The position numbers were made by a program, and so were the translations under genes. From NCBI GenBank assembly GCA_015680685.1, contig MNCI01001197.1:249272-313271 (forward strand): DNA of 64,000 nt, written 5' to 3'. This DNA comes from Gnetum montanum. Taxonomy: Eukaryota; Plantae; Gnetophyta. The notes under the pieces are model-generated. The model was not told the origin of the DNA. It saw only the letters and a program-made list of their open reading frames with translations, and did no database searches. Shown one piece after another: positions 50,941 to 64,000 of the stretch (position 1 is its first letter; each line of letters begins with the position of its first letter).

Positions 50941-52325
50941 ATGTCATCACAAGCATCATAAGCAAATAGCAAGAGAAGATCTAGTAGAGTGCAAGAGGTA
51001 GAGGAGAGAAGACAAACACAAGGAAGATATCATAGAGGCTCTCAGGTTGTTGCATAGGATAATTCCAGAGAGCATGAGGAATAACAAGGTGCACATGAGA
51101 GATTAGCATGAGAGGAGTGGCAATGAAGGGAGGTAAAACTTAGATCAACATCCTAGTGAAGTTCAAGGAACTTCTAGTCCTTGATGTAGCTTATTTGGCC
51201 AAATATGCTTAACAAGCTTGTTGAACAGCATATTGAATTTATTATCACCTGAGATCTTGATTATTATGAGGAGGAGGCCCATCAGTTTTATGTGGCACAA
51301 GGATCACATTTTTCAAAGATGGTCAAGATTGGTGATTCTGCTTATACACTAATGAAGAAGATCTTGGAACATATACTTAACCAGTTAGTTGGTCCACAGA
51401 GAGATTATTTTGTAACTACTACTATAGAGAAAAAAGCATAGCTATTGAGCAAGGTGCCTAAGGTGGAGACTAATGAGATAGGATGGACTTATAGAAACTT
51501 CACCCCATGATGCATAGTTCTTATCAAGGAAATTCACACAAACCTTCTGTTTGTCATATATCACACTCATGTGATTTCCTTCTCCTTGATGTTCCTACTA
51601 GATTTAGAGGGGGGATGTTCTTTGAACTATCCCCACATTATAATTAGAAGAATGAAGATCATTAGTAGAGACATTGCTACAGTGCCTTTCCCATTAGCCA
51701 TGTCTATTATTTTCAAGCATTAGAAAATCCCTGAACCTGAGGAGGATGATAGATAAGTACAAGTTTTTGGTGAGGATTAGTTGCTACATTTGGGATGTGC
51801 ATTCTACACCCAATGTGTCCCTAGGATACAAATTAATGATCTCAATTGGCTTCTAGACACACATGTCCCAAAAGATGGTGGAAAGGCTAATTGGGATGAG
51901 TTTTATGGGCAAATCGGTGAGATGAATGTTGCTCGTATCCATCCTGACTAGCAAAATGGCAATTTGGAGATGGTGCAACACTTTTTACCTACTTAGAGGC
52001 CATGGAGGATAGGTTGATTGCTGACATGAATGCCATGGAGTTAGACATGCATCACCATTTTGAATAGGTGGAGAGGAGAATTACCTGCCTAACTATGAAT
52101 GTTCAAATAGTAGGTAAATACTTGTTTGAACATTTGTAGTCATTGAAAAGGTCCTTTAGCTTAGGAATGATGGAAGAAATTCTTAACCCCAAGTTTGTTG
52201 GAATGGGCACTCTAATCCATGACAGAACAGCTAGGATGAAGGAGCAACCAGTCACCGAGGTTGATGATATTGTCACAAAGATAAATTTCATGTAGACTGA
52301 TGTTCCGAACGAAGTTCAAGATAAT
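50941..52325 (+). pseudogene. Decayed ORF resembling 'putative plant transposon protein' / env-like ORFs
   Basis: More GC-rich island starting MSSQAS; DLDYYEEEAHQFYVAQG..VKIGDSAYTL..; VPFPLAMSIIFKH*KIPEPEED. Many stops and frameshifts. Confidence 0.45.
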
Positions 52326-53179
52326 ACAGCAGTAGGATCTTGTTAGACCATTGTGTCTATGTATATGTATACAATTATAGTTAACTTTGACATTGCTTTT
52401 TGTTAATATTTTTTTATCTACATGATATCTTACTCACACTTTCTTTATAATCAATACCATATCAAATTCATAATTTTTTTGTTTAATGTTGTTTATTAAT
52501 GAGGTTGTTTAAGAGTAATTTAGAATCTTTGAGGTTTCTCCCTATAATGTTACTAATCTACTAAAAATAATTGGCAAGCCCTAACTAAAACTTTTAATGA
52601 TAAGTCAAAGAATGGTTACACCATTTAACCTTCAACCTTTGAATTACACCATATCAAGATACTACATGATATAGATTATTTGTAATATATCAATTATTAA
52701 GAATATCACAAACAAAAGACATTTACACATGCATATAATATCAAAATTTTGCATTTACTACTAGTTATGTGCTCTTGAACTCTCTAAAATTTAAATAATG
52801 AGAAACATGTGAATCGTAGTTCAGTCATAGATTTTTTTAAAAAATAGTGCTAGTGCATTGTGAGAATGAATTTCCTCATTGTTAAAATCTGAAACTAAGT
52901 TGAAAACAATGCTAGGAACATGCAGATTACATTTATCTTGCAATTTAAAATGTTATATTAATGTAATGCATTATGAAATGCATGTAATCGCAATGTAATA
53001 AATAATGCAAACTAGTACGAACCACATGTTCTCATAGTCTTCAATTCTTCTTATGCAATACTACTACAACTTGCATCCCACTCGTACCATGAAATAGAAA
53101 CTATGATAGAAACAATGCTACATTACTACGAATTGCAATTTCAACTTTAGAGCAAATTTAAAATAGGTGCAACACTGCA

Positions 53180-55670
53180 AGATCCAGGTATCTTGTAGTC
53201 TACAAAATTTATACTCATTAATTAAATTAGGACTACAAGAGGGTGCTAGTCATACTATCTCATAGTTTATATAGACCTTACTACTGGATGACCCTCTGTA
53301 TTTCAAAAGCCACAAACTTCAAATAATTAATCCTTATTGAAAGGTCTAGATGCGTTGTATTTGATCATTTTCCTTTCAGATAACTCTCTGCCTATTGGTA
53401 ACCTTAAACTCCAAGAAATTATACACTTCTAAAAGGTTTGAATGCCTTCCAATTAGGAGTACGAGAGGATGATACTTGCACTTCCACATAGTTTACCTAA
53501 ACCTTGCTATTGAATAATCCTCTGCCTTTCAAAAGCCATAATTTCTAACCAACTATTCTCTTTTGGTAGGTATGAATGCCTTCCAAATGATCCTCTACCT
53601 TTCAGTACCCTCAAACTCTAAGCAATTATTTCCTTTCAGAAGGTTTGAATGCCTTCTAGTTGGGACTATTTAGGGGTGTTAGTGGAATGCACTTGTAGTT
53701 TACATAGTACTTGCTACTGAATGACCCTTTCTTTTCCAAAAAGCCACAAGCTTAAAGTAATTATTCTCTTCCAATAGGTCTAAATGCATTCTAAATGATC
53801 TTTATCCTTCCAAATAATCCTCTACCTTTTGGTAGTCTTAAACTCCAACCAATTTTTCCCTTCTAGAAGGTTTGAATACCTTCTATTTGGGACTATATGA
53901 GGGTGCTAGTTGTACTACCTTACATTTTATGTAGTACTTACTACTAAATGATTCCTTACCTTCTGAAAGCCACAAACCTAGTGCAACTAGCACCCTCCCG
54001 CAATTCCAACTAGAAGTCATTTAAATCTTCTAGAAAGGAATAATTGCTTAGAGTTTGAGGCTACTAGAAGGTAGGGGATCATCCAAAAAGCATTCATACC
54101 CACCAATAATTGCTTCAAGTTTGTGGCTTTCGGAAGGCAGAGAATCATTTAGTAGTAAGTACTACATAAACTGCAAGGTAGTACAACTAGCACCCTCATA
54201 TAGTCCCAAATATAAGGTATTCAAACCTTCTAGAAGGGAACAATTAGTTGGAGTTTATGTAGTACTTACTACCCAATGATCCTCTACCTTTCCAAAGCCA
54301 TAAACTTGGAATAATTATTTCCTTCTAGTAGGTATGAATGCCTTTCGAATGATCCTCTATCTTCTATTAGCCTCAAACTCCAATTAATTATTTCCATCTA
54401 GAAGGTTTGAATACCTTTCGGTTGGGATTGTGTAAGGATGCTAGTCGCACTATGTCATAGTTTATGTAGTACTTCCTACTGGATGACCCTTTGCCTTGTG
54501 AAAGCCATAGACTTAGAGCAATTATTTCCTTTTGGTAGGTCTAAGTGCCTTTCGAATGATCTTTAGCCTTTTGGATGATCCTCTACCTTTTGCTAACCTC
54601 AAATTCCAAGAAATTGTTCCCTTTTGAAAGATTTGAATGCCTTCCAATTAGGACTACATGACACTACTAGTCATTCTACCTCGCAATTTACATAGCACTT
54701 GCTACTAGATGATCCTCTACCTTCTAAAAGCCACAAAGTCGAAGCAATTATTTCTTTTCAATAGGTTTGAATACCTTTTGGATGATCTTCGGCTTGCTAG
54801 ATGACCCTTTGCCTTCCTATAGCCTTAAACTCCATGCAATTATTCCTTTCTAGAAATTTTGAATGCCTTTTGGTTGGGACCGTGTGAGGGTGCTAGTGGC
54901 ATTGCCTTGCGGTTTACATAGTACTTGCTATCAGATGATCCTCTACCTTTTGGAAGTCATAAACTTGAAGCAATTATTCCCTTCTAGTAGGTCTGAATGC
55001 CTTCTAGATGATCTTCAACCTATTGGATAACCCTCTGTCTTCCAATAGCCTCAAACTCAAATCTATTATTTCTTCCTAAAAGGTTTGAATGCCTTTTGGT
55101 TACGACTATGTGAGGGTGCTAGTTGCACTACCTCATAGTTTATGTAATACTTGCTACTAGATGATCCTCTATCTTGTGAAACGCACAAACTTGGAGTAAT
55201 TATTTCCTTCTAGTAGGTCTGAATACCTTCTAGATGATCTTAAACCTACTGAATGACCCTCTACTTTTCAATAGCCTCAAACTCCAAACAGTTGTTTCCT
55301 TTCAAAAGGTTTGAATGCTTTTTGGTTGGGTTTGCATGAAGATTCTAGTCACACTTCCTTGCAATTTACATAGTACTTGCTACTGGATGATCCTCTACCT
55401 TACATAAGTCACAACCTCAAAGTAATTATTCTTTTCTGATAGGTTGGGACTACATGAGGGTGCTAGTTGCATTGCCTTGCAGTTTACATAGTACTTGCAG
55501 TTGGATGACTTGCTGCCTTCCTAAAGCAACAAACTTGGAGTAGTTATTCCCTACAGAAAGGTTTGAATGCCTTTTGGAAGAGACTATGAAAGGGTGCTAG
55601 ATGCACTTCCTCATAATTTACCTAGACCTTACTATCAGATGATCCTCTTCCTTGTAAAAATCACAAAGTT
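53180..55670. repeat. Satellite-like tandem array, ~215-240-bp monomer built from related subrepeats
   Basis: Recurrent GATGATCCTCTACCTT, GAAGGTTTGAATGCCTT, GAGGGTGCTAGT and AAGCCACAAACTT; about 11 monomers, with an inverted block at ~53978-54256. Confidence 0.9.
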
Positions 55671-56659
55671 AAAAACAATGTGTCAAAGTGTAACTCGCAT
55701 TCCCCTTACAACCTAAAAACTAGAAAACAATGCATCAAATTGCAACTTGCATTTCCCTCATAACCTAAAATAGAGACATGTAGAACATAGTGAGAGATAA
55801 CTATGAGATGCATGTCATCACACTCTAGAAATAGTATGATTTACTACAAAACACATGTCTTCACAATCCCTCTACATCGACTACGAGAACATATGTGTCA
55901 CATTCCAGTTTGAGACTTTGTGACATACATGGTTTTACAACCTTGAGTGTGACTAACTATGTGTTGCATGTCTTCGCACTATAAATGTGTGAATTTAGTG
56001 CAACTCATAGGTTAGCGCATCAATACATAAATTTACAAACTCATTTTTCAAATCAATTAAAACTTTGAAAATTGAAATTCGAAAAGCAAAAAAAAAATTA
56101 AGAGAGTCATATGTAAGTATGAGACTTGTCTTAACATATGAGCCACAATTGAGGATCAGTTATGACAGACCAAAAATGTTGTAACAATTAATAATTGAAT
56201 ATATATATATAATATCAAACAACTCATAAATAAAACAATTTATAGATAATATATTACATATACTTTTACAAAATTGAAAAATATATTTATTACAGCCAAA
56301 ATGCATCACAGATTCATTTACAAAATCATAGAAGAGATGCATTACAACCCAATACCATAAAAAAAATGGAATGCATCATGGACAATGATTATAATCAAAT
56401 TTAGTTACATCATAAAACACAACTAGACCATGTTCACTAAAATTCTCATTTAACATATGTCACAGACACATGTTTCTCTAAACTTAATAAACTCCTAAAG
56501 AACTTAGGATTTCCCATACCATGGATTTTTGATACATTGAAAACAAAAATCGAAAATGAAATTCAACTCTTTACTGAGTACCAAGTGATGCATATAGATT
56601 AATGTATAAATTTTACAATCATATTAATTTTCTTGTTTACCTTCAACTGTAATTACATT

Positions 56660-57230
56660 TCATTTTGTAGCTACCTTTTTCCTCTTTCCCTTAAGTTTCA
56701 TGACACCTTTAGAGCAAACAAACTCACCATTAAATAAATAGTCAATAAAATTCAACATCAATCTTCTAATTACTATAGGATGTTGTAAAGAAGGCATTGA
56801 ATTATACACTAAAATTTTATATGCTGGTATGTCAACAACAACAAGAATCCCATGTCCACTAGTATTCAAAAGAAGATAAAAAAATGTGTATTCGGATTGC
56901 AAAAACTCATTCCAACATGTTTTATCTTTAAACTCTTTAAAAAAATCTATTTCTACAACAAAATCATCAACTTCTTCTTCAACCAATGTACCACTTTTAA
57001 CATTTAGGATATGCCTTTTGTTGTCTTTCTTTAATCTATGTCTCAATTGGGTCTTTTGAGATACTTGCATTTTGCTCTCAAAGAACTTCACATAAGATTG
57101 AAACATATTGTTGAAGATGAAATATTTTGTATTTTGAAATTCATGATAGCCATAGAGTGATTTTTGAAGTTCCTTCAAGTGCATGATACAGACATCTATG
57201 ATATCGTCATCTGATCATTCTTTTCATCCA
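56660..57230 (-). pseudogene. Ulp1/C48 SUMO-protease-like remnant, typical DNA-transposon cargo (Mutator/CACTA/Helitron)
   Basis: E*SDDDIIDVCIMHL ... FFYLLLNTSGHGILVVVDIPAYKILVYNSM vs the C48 pattern WLxDxII..PxNxxxHWxLxVxDxxxxxIxVYDS. Confidence 0.7.
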
Positions 57231-57654
57231 TTTTTATATAAAATTCTAAAAGAGAATCTTGTGGCAACATATTGGAAAAATGATGTCCTCACAAGCTCTT
57301 TATTTTCAAAAGTATACTAGAGACAAGCAACTGCATCACTCTATCAATTACTACACAATCATCAATTGGTGTTTTCAAATCAACAGCAAAATGAAAAAAT
57401 TAGATAATAAAGTTAGATTGCATTTTACCATGATAGTTTCGTACATATAATAAGATAATAGGGTGAGCAACAAATTGAAAATCTAAATTTCTAAACATAA
57501 CATATGCAACATTGATATCAAGTTCAGTTACTTGTTGATTTCTACAAATTCTTCATCTTATGAATTATTTGTTCTTTGTTGCGTTTAGCATAAACAAATA
57601 ATCTCCTAGATGCTTTGGGTGTTACCATATCATTCAAATCTATTACATACATTT

Positions 57655-58452
57655 TTATGGGACGCGATATCGCATGGGCCACGATATCGCATGGGCCGCG
57701 ATATCGCAGTGCGTTGTCAAATCTATAAATAAGAGGCGACTCTCCCTTGTTTCTCATTCTAGGCCTAGACCATAGTGAAACTCTAGCAGTTTTACCTCTC
57801 CAGAGATAGAATAATTTCCATGTGCCCACAGTAGGAGCTCCAAAGTGAACAGATCTTTATTCGAGCAAATATTGTACCTAAACACAAGTTTGTGTACGGA
57901 AATAAAGACGAACTTCTTGGATAAACCTTGCAGTACATGGGATAGGCTAACTAGGATTTTCATTATTGTTATTTATTGTTTATCATTTAAATGCTTTATT
58001 AGTTCATTAAATCTCTCTCAACCCTTCTCTCCTAGTTAAGTGCATTCAATACGACCACTTCGAGCACATGTGTTACGCTTGGTGATCCCAGTAACAAATA
58101 GCTTTTGGTAATCAAGGTTGCATTGGTTCAAGGTGTGAATGGTAAGTGGGAACGGATACTGATGCTAGGTTAATTAAGGCTTAGTTAGTTAGTTAAAGTT
58201 AGTTAATTAGTTTCTTCACCCTTCACCACATTAGCATAGAAGATAAAACATAAAAGACATAAACATCACATACCTCAGACTTACTTAACCATACAACCAT
58301 GACAAATACAAGTAAGTCTGGGAAGACAACGAATGATTAACCTTAAGTGTTCCATAAGGCGTGTAGGCACTTAGTCTGTGAAGTTTGAACGAATCGTGCA
58401 TGTAACGCTCGTATTCGTATGGTTGAGTGTAGGGGTACCTTGCCACTCATCA
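57655..58452 (+). repeat. 5' LTR of element F (5' boundary unclear)
   Basis: TATAAATA at 57724-57731, three 17-bp repeats at 57663-57708, ends ..GCCACTCATCA before the PBS; related to the LTR of insert D. Confidence 0.75.
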
Positions 58453-58453
58453 T

Positions 58454-58471
58454 TGGCACCGTTGCCAGGGA
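58454..58471 (+). other. Primer-binding site, tRNA-Asp (Athila type)
   Basis: TGGCACCGTTGCCAGGGA vs canonical TGGCGCCGTTGCCGGGGA. Confidence 0.9.
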
Positions 58472-58595
58472 CTAAGTGTTTGTGCGCTAAGTAGAACATA
58501 GGAAATTATCCACATCGTTGGGAGCTTAAACGAACCCTTAGGATTAATTAAACAAAAAATTATATAACAGTCAGTAGCACACTGAATAAGACACA

Positions 58596-61330
58596 ATGTC
58601 TTCTTCTTCTTCTCATAAGAGCACTTCACCACCTAGGGATCATACAAGAAACAGTCGGCAGTCTAAAACACATAACCAAAATCCACCAGTTCCTCAACAG
58701 TATCGAGTGGTATATACTCATCCCAATGAGTATATACCCAATTTTACCTTTATCCTCCATCAAGATGAACAACTATGTTGGAGATATTTGCAAGGTAACA
58801 TTGTATTACCTCCAGATCATGTAGTCCCTAACATGCTCCTCTGTGCTCTGGCACAGATGGGCATGACACAGCTATACATTGAATACATTATAGGTGATTT
58901 TGACACAAGGGATTAACATCCCACAGTAGCACAATGTCTAAGGGACTTGAGGCAGGAGAGCCACCATACATTGTTGAAGGGAAAAGGGGTTCTACATGTC
59001 CTAAGTAAAATTGGAGATGGCGAACCTCTTATAATGAGTTCTCCATCAAATGATGTTCCCCCTCCTAACAATAGTGAGGAGGTGGGGTATCAAAACCTAT
59101 GCTTCATGATACACAACCCTGGTTCTGATCCCCATGAACTCCAACTATTCACTAAGGGAACAAAAATACATGACAAGGACGGGCACTCAGATCATCATCA
59201 CGATCAGGGCCGAAGCCATAGAAGAGAAGGTAAGAAACATCATTATGGAAATGGTTCTCCTTCTTCTTTCCCTTCATCACACCATTCACCCTCTCCTTTC
59301 ACATCAGGACATAGCCACAGAGAGCATAATGGTGAGGATAAGGGTAAGCAAATTGAAAGACCTCGACAAGAGAGTCGAGAGCAAGGACGAGGGTAGTCTA
59401 GAGAGTCTAGGCATGGTAGAAGGGAAAGTAGGAAAACACGTAGGCATCATAGACATCATGAAAGAGATGATCATGATGAACCCCTACTTGCCATCTAGAG
59501 TATGATAGATATTATGGAGGTAGTTAGAATACCTACAAGGCATCAAAAAGATAGTTGGATCAAGCACTTAGACATGAATAATATCCCACGTTTTGAGGGG
59601 GGATATAATGCTAATCCACAAAATCACTTACAGCCATTCCATGATGCCTGCACCTTGCAGAACATAGAAAATGAGTGGCAAAAATTAAAGTTGTTTCCTA
59701 GGACAATCATAAAGGAAGCAGAGAGTTGGTACCAGTCCTTAGAGCTGAAAACCATTAGGAGGTGGAGTATGATGTTATAACTCTTCAACGATAAATACCA
59801 AATGTACTCCAGAGTGTCCAACTTGCGGAAGCAGATCCAAGGATGGAAGCAAGGAACTCATGAACCCTTGGATGCTACCATGGGCTGATATTATGCATTG
59901 TTACATTGTTGCCTAGGCCATGGTTACGCACAACGGGATCAACTCCGCCACCTTGTAGATGGGCTAAGACATGAAACTAGCAGAACCCTTGGGACTTATG
60001 CCCAAGGGAGACTATATGAACTTAGATCCCATGAAATTCATAGATTGTTGGAGCAAGTAGCTAAAGAAGAAGGGGAGCTACAGAAAAGAGAAAGCATGGA
60101 AGAATATAATCACGATCCTTCCCTCCGAAAGAAGGGAGTGAGATTCTACGATGAAGAGGATGAGTCACCACTCGAAGAGTTGGTGAATAGAAAAACCTTG
60201 CCACTTCAGAAGTTAACAACAAAAGTGTCGGCTAAGGTAGATGAAATATGGAGCTCCTTAGATAGTAAAATTGAAACTTTCCTAAAAATCGTAGAGGAGC
60301 CTAAGGAGGAACGANTGGGGTGTATGCACTCAACCCGAGACTTAATAGACGGTAGGCACCCCAAAGGTTACCTTATCCCCAAGGTAACCCAAGGCAGTTC
60401 CACCAACTGTTAACGTACTATCCAAGTGGAACTCCCACAACCTATCAAGCAACACCAGCAGTGGCAACACCCATATTCATGGGGGATGCCACCGCCTAGG
60501 AAACAATACCCTTATTGGTAACCCGATCCTTATGGCTACTACTTGCAGTAGCCAGTTTCTCCAAGTGACTGTATGGGTCACACAACCCCACAACATCACT
60601 ACCCACTTCAGGAATATTTTCAAACTCCCTCTCCTAGAAGGGACACTCCACATGTATACCATCCTCCAAATCCATTCGCACCTCTCACGCCGGTAGCTCC
60701 ACCACCAACCGCTCTAATAATGCCAAGGGTATTTCCCACTCAACCGCAACAACCTAATGTTACGAGGGCTTCCAATCCTCAATTCTCAATTGGTCATGAC
60801 AATCCTACGCCAAAAAGACCTTTCTTCATAACCAACAATCCAATTAATCCCTCACGCTCACAAGCAATTGAACATCTAAACACCTCCATACCAAATAATG
60901 TGTCGGAACCCCCTTCAAACCAAAAATTACGCCCAATGCACACAGTTATGTTAACACATACCATTACCAACTGGATTAAGGTAGGCCACCTTCCTAAGAA
61001 ATTACCTGATCCTGGGAGCCCCCTAATTTATCTCCAAGTCGCTGGGAATGAACCTCATAAGGCTTTTCTTGACTCAGGCTCCGGAGTCAACTTAATCTCA
61101 CAAGAATTGTATAAAACCTTGAACATGCCTCCAGTCAAGAAGAGCAATATTCGCTTAGAGCTAGCTGACCAGTCCATCACTGTTCCTTTGGGATAGGTGG
61201 AGGACATTGTTACCACTGTGGATGGTTAGTCATACCCAACTGATTTCCTGGTGATCCAAATAAACAATGACAAAGGGGATTTCCCAATAATAATGGGAAG
61301 GGCATGGCTGAGTACAATAGATGCACGCCT
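58596..61330 (+). pseudogene. gag: gag (long N-terminal extension) and protease of element F
   Basis: IPRFEGGYNANPQNHL..KLKLFPRTI..AESWYQSL; KLPDPGSP..AFLDSGSGVNLI..LELADQS..IIMGRAWL. Confidence 0.88.
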
Positions 61331-61729
61331 AGAAATTAGCAATCTTTTCTTAGAAATATCCAAGAAAAATACTTTTGGGAAGATTGAGAGGAAGAGAGTT
61401 CCATGCATCGCATATAGTGACACAGGGTGCCATTGCATGCAGAAATCATGGGTGATGCAAAGTTTAACATTTCCTGCATGCAATCGATGTGCATAAGATA
61501 TTGACATACAAAAGTGCCTATATGTAGCAACCACACAATAAGAAAACACCTAGTGGTTGATGGCTGATTAAGAAAGCAACTCGATAACATGCATGGAACT
61601 AACTGAGGGGATAACTAGTGCCTACATTGAAAGAACAGACGTACTAGAGCAAGTTCGTTGCCAACTTTCAGCCCTTAACTTCAAAAACATTAATTGGGGG
61701 AAGTTGGAGATTCCTAAGGAATTTAGACA

Positions 61730-64000
61730 ATAGCCCCTAGACCTAAAACCATTGCCCACTGGTTTGGAATACATGACCCTTGAAAATGGAAAATCGGTAA
61801 TTATCAATGCAAAACTTGTCCCCAAGCAAAAAGAAAGCCTATTGAAAGTAATCTATAAATGGTCAAAAGCCTTTGCCTGGTCATATCCCGAGCTAACCAG
61901 AATAGACCCTAGGATATGCCAACATAGGATCTACATGGACCCCTCCATGAAGCCTCAAAAACAACCATAGAGGTAATTGAACGTGCAATTTAAACAAGTA
62001 GTAAAAGAAGAGATAGAACAGCTCCTCAAGGCCGAGTTCATATATCTCATTGCTGATAGTGAATGGGTTAGTCCTCTAGTAATCATGCCTAAGAAGGGAG
62101 GCAAATGGAGGGTATGTATAGATTTTAGGCTACTAAACATGCCAACATTCAAAGATCATTTTTTGTTGTCATTTGTTGACCAAGTCTTGGACACTATAGC
62201 CAGGCATCGCTATTATAGTTTTCTGGATAGGTATAGTGGATATAATCAAATACAAATAGCACCAAAAGATCAAGCCAAGACAATGTTCACCAATCCCTGG
62301 GGAACGTTCACATATAAGCAAATGCCATTTGGCTTGTGCAATGCCCCCACCACATTCCAACGTTTAGTCCTAAGCATATTTCAACAACAGATAGGAAACG
62401 GAGTAGAAGTCTTTATGGATGACTTCTCCACTTACGGGACAAGCTTTGATCAAGCCCTAGACCAATTAGAGCAAGTGCTGAAATGATGCGTTGAAACCAA
62501 CCTAAAGCTCAACTGGTAGAAAAGCCATTTGATGGTTCAAGAGGGCATAGTACTGGGACATAAGATTTCGCAATCAGGAATAGAGGTAGACCCGAAAAAA
62601 GTTAAGGTTATCCAAGGAATCACTCAACAACCAGAAATGGTCAAAGATATTTGGTCATTCCTTGGACACACTGGCTACTACAAGAGATTCATTGAGAACT
62701 TCTCCAAGATTTCCAAACCATTGGTAGAATTAACGAAAAAAGATGCACCCTTCGAATGGACCAAGGAATGTGAACAAGCATTCCAAACTCTAAAACAAAG
62801 GCTTGTGGAAATCCCTATTCTACAAGCCCCTAACTAGTCTAAACCATTTCATATAATGATCGATGCATCTAATTATGCCTTAGGAGCTATACTAACACAG
62901 TTAAATGAACAAAAACACCCTTATTACATCCACTATGCGAGTAAGAGTATTGCTGGTGCACAACTCAACTACACAACTACCGAAAAGGAATTAATGGCTA
63001 TAGTGTTTGCACTAGACAAATTTAGGCACTATGTGTTGGGCTACAAAGTGTACATTCATACAGATCATAGTGTAATTCGATTCCTCATGAACAAGCCAAC
63101 GGTTAGCCCTCGTATTATACATTGGTTGGTAATCCTTCAAGAGTTCGATTTAACAATAGTAGATCGAAAGGGCATCGAGAACGTAGTTGCCGATCATTTA
63201 TCTAGGTTGCGTTGGGACAACAAAGAGGATGAATATGTCATATCTGATCATTTTCCTGACAAAACCCTCTTTTTCGGTGTAGTGAGTAACCAACCCATGG
63301 GAACAAATTGGTATAGTAGCATTCTTACTTATCTCCTTTCCCAACAAACACCACAGGGGTTGGACTTTAGGAAGAAGTAACGGTTTCTTCACAAAATCAA
63401 GTACTTCATGAAAATCAAGGGACAACTCTATAAAGTCTATCCTGATGTCTTGGTTTGATGGTGTGTGCTTTATGAGGATCAATTAAGAGTTCTCTAGGAT
63501 GCTCATGAGGGTCCCTATGGGGGCCACTATGCAGGGAGACGAATGACCATTAAGATCCTACTTGTAGGATATTACTGGCCAATGCTATTTCTGGATGCCC
63601 ATCAATTTGTCCAATCCTGTGAATGCTGTCAATGGGATGGTGGAATTACTACTAGAATGGAGGGTCTGCAATAATGGATTCAACCCTTGGAACCCTTCGA
63701 CATTTGGGGAATATATTTTATGGGGCCTATTACGCCGATGTCCAATGAAAAAGCTTATATCATTGTTGATATTGACTATTTAACCAAATGGGCTGAAGCA
63801 GCTGCTGTAACAGATTGCACATCATCTACAGCTGCATTATTTGTACAACAACAAATCATAAATAGGTTTGGCATGCCGCATGCACTCATCTCTGATAATG
63901 GAACACATTTTACAGGTGTAACCTTTCGCAAGTTGATGTAATGCATAGGGGTTGAACATAAATTAACCACACCTTATCACCCCCAAGCTAATGGCCAAGC
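61730..64000 (+). pseudogene. pol: RT, RNase H and integrase of element F
   Basis: WVSPLVIMPKK, WRVCIDFR, MPFGLCNAP, VFMDDF, IDASNYALGA, NYTTTEKEL, TDH, DYLTKWAEA, ISDNG, YHPQANGQ. Confidence 0.95.

Larger units (their letters stand above)
57655..64000 (+). mobile_element. Element F: Athila-like Ty3/gypsy LTR retrotransposon (continues past the window)
   Basis: LTR ending CTCATCA at 58452, tRNA-Asp PBS, gag-PR-RT-RH-INT without aRH. The LTR start is uncertain. Confidence 0.9.

Noticed and set aside
54055-54279. ORF in the satellite
   Set aside because: Chance frame in the inverted repeat block; other monomers have stops.

Overview
This is eukaryotic land-plant DNA, made almost entirely of nested, decayed transposons, with no intact host gene. 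A gymnosperm host is my inference from the element types. Layers, left to right: (A) 1-11952, a Ty3/gypsy Tat element with domain order gag-PR-aRH-RT-RH-INT, a tRNA-Asn PBS, a small 3' extra ORF and ~3.2-kb LTRs. The U3 end of these LTRs is a mosaic of short host-gene fragments (LRR receptor, PLS-type PPR twice, RuvBL2 Walker A). (B) 11953-~29420, an Ogre/Tat-type element interrupted by A. Its protease and RT are separated by an ~11-kb intron-like insert holding a spliced antisense gene (FCP1/NIF-phosphatase-like N-terminus, 'plant transposon protein'-like middle), an ~190-bp-phased array of a 20-bp palindrome, and 29-bp minisatellites. (C) ~29421-42500, an inverted, truncated relative of B, interrupted by (D) a non-coding, three-LTR Athila derivative with a TSD. 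(E) 43200-49445, a pol-less SIRE-like copia element with a TSD. 49446-57650 is an old DNA-transposon-like layer (Ulp1 protease remnant, decayed ORF, satellite with an internal inversion). (F) ~57655-64000 is an Athila-like element running off the window. All protein assignments are manual translation plus motif recall; no database search was run.
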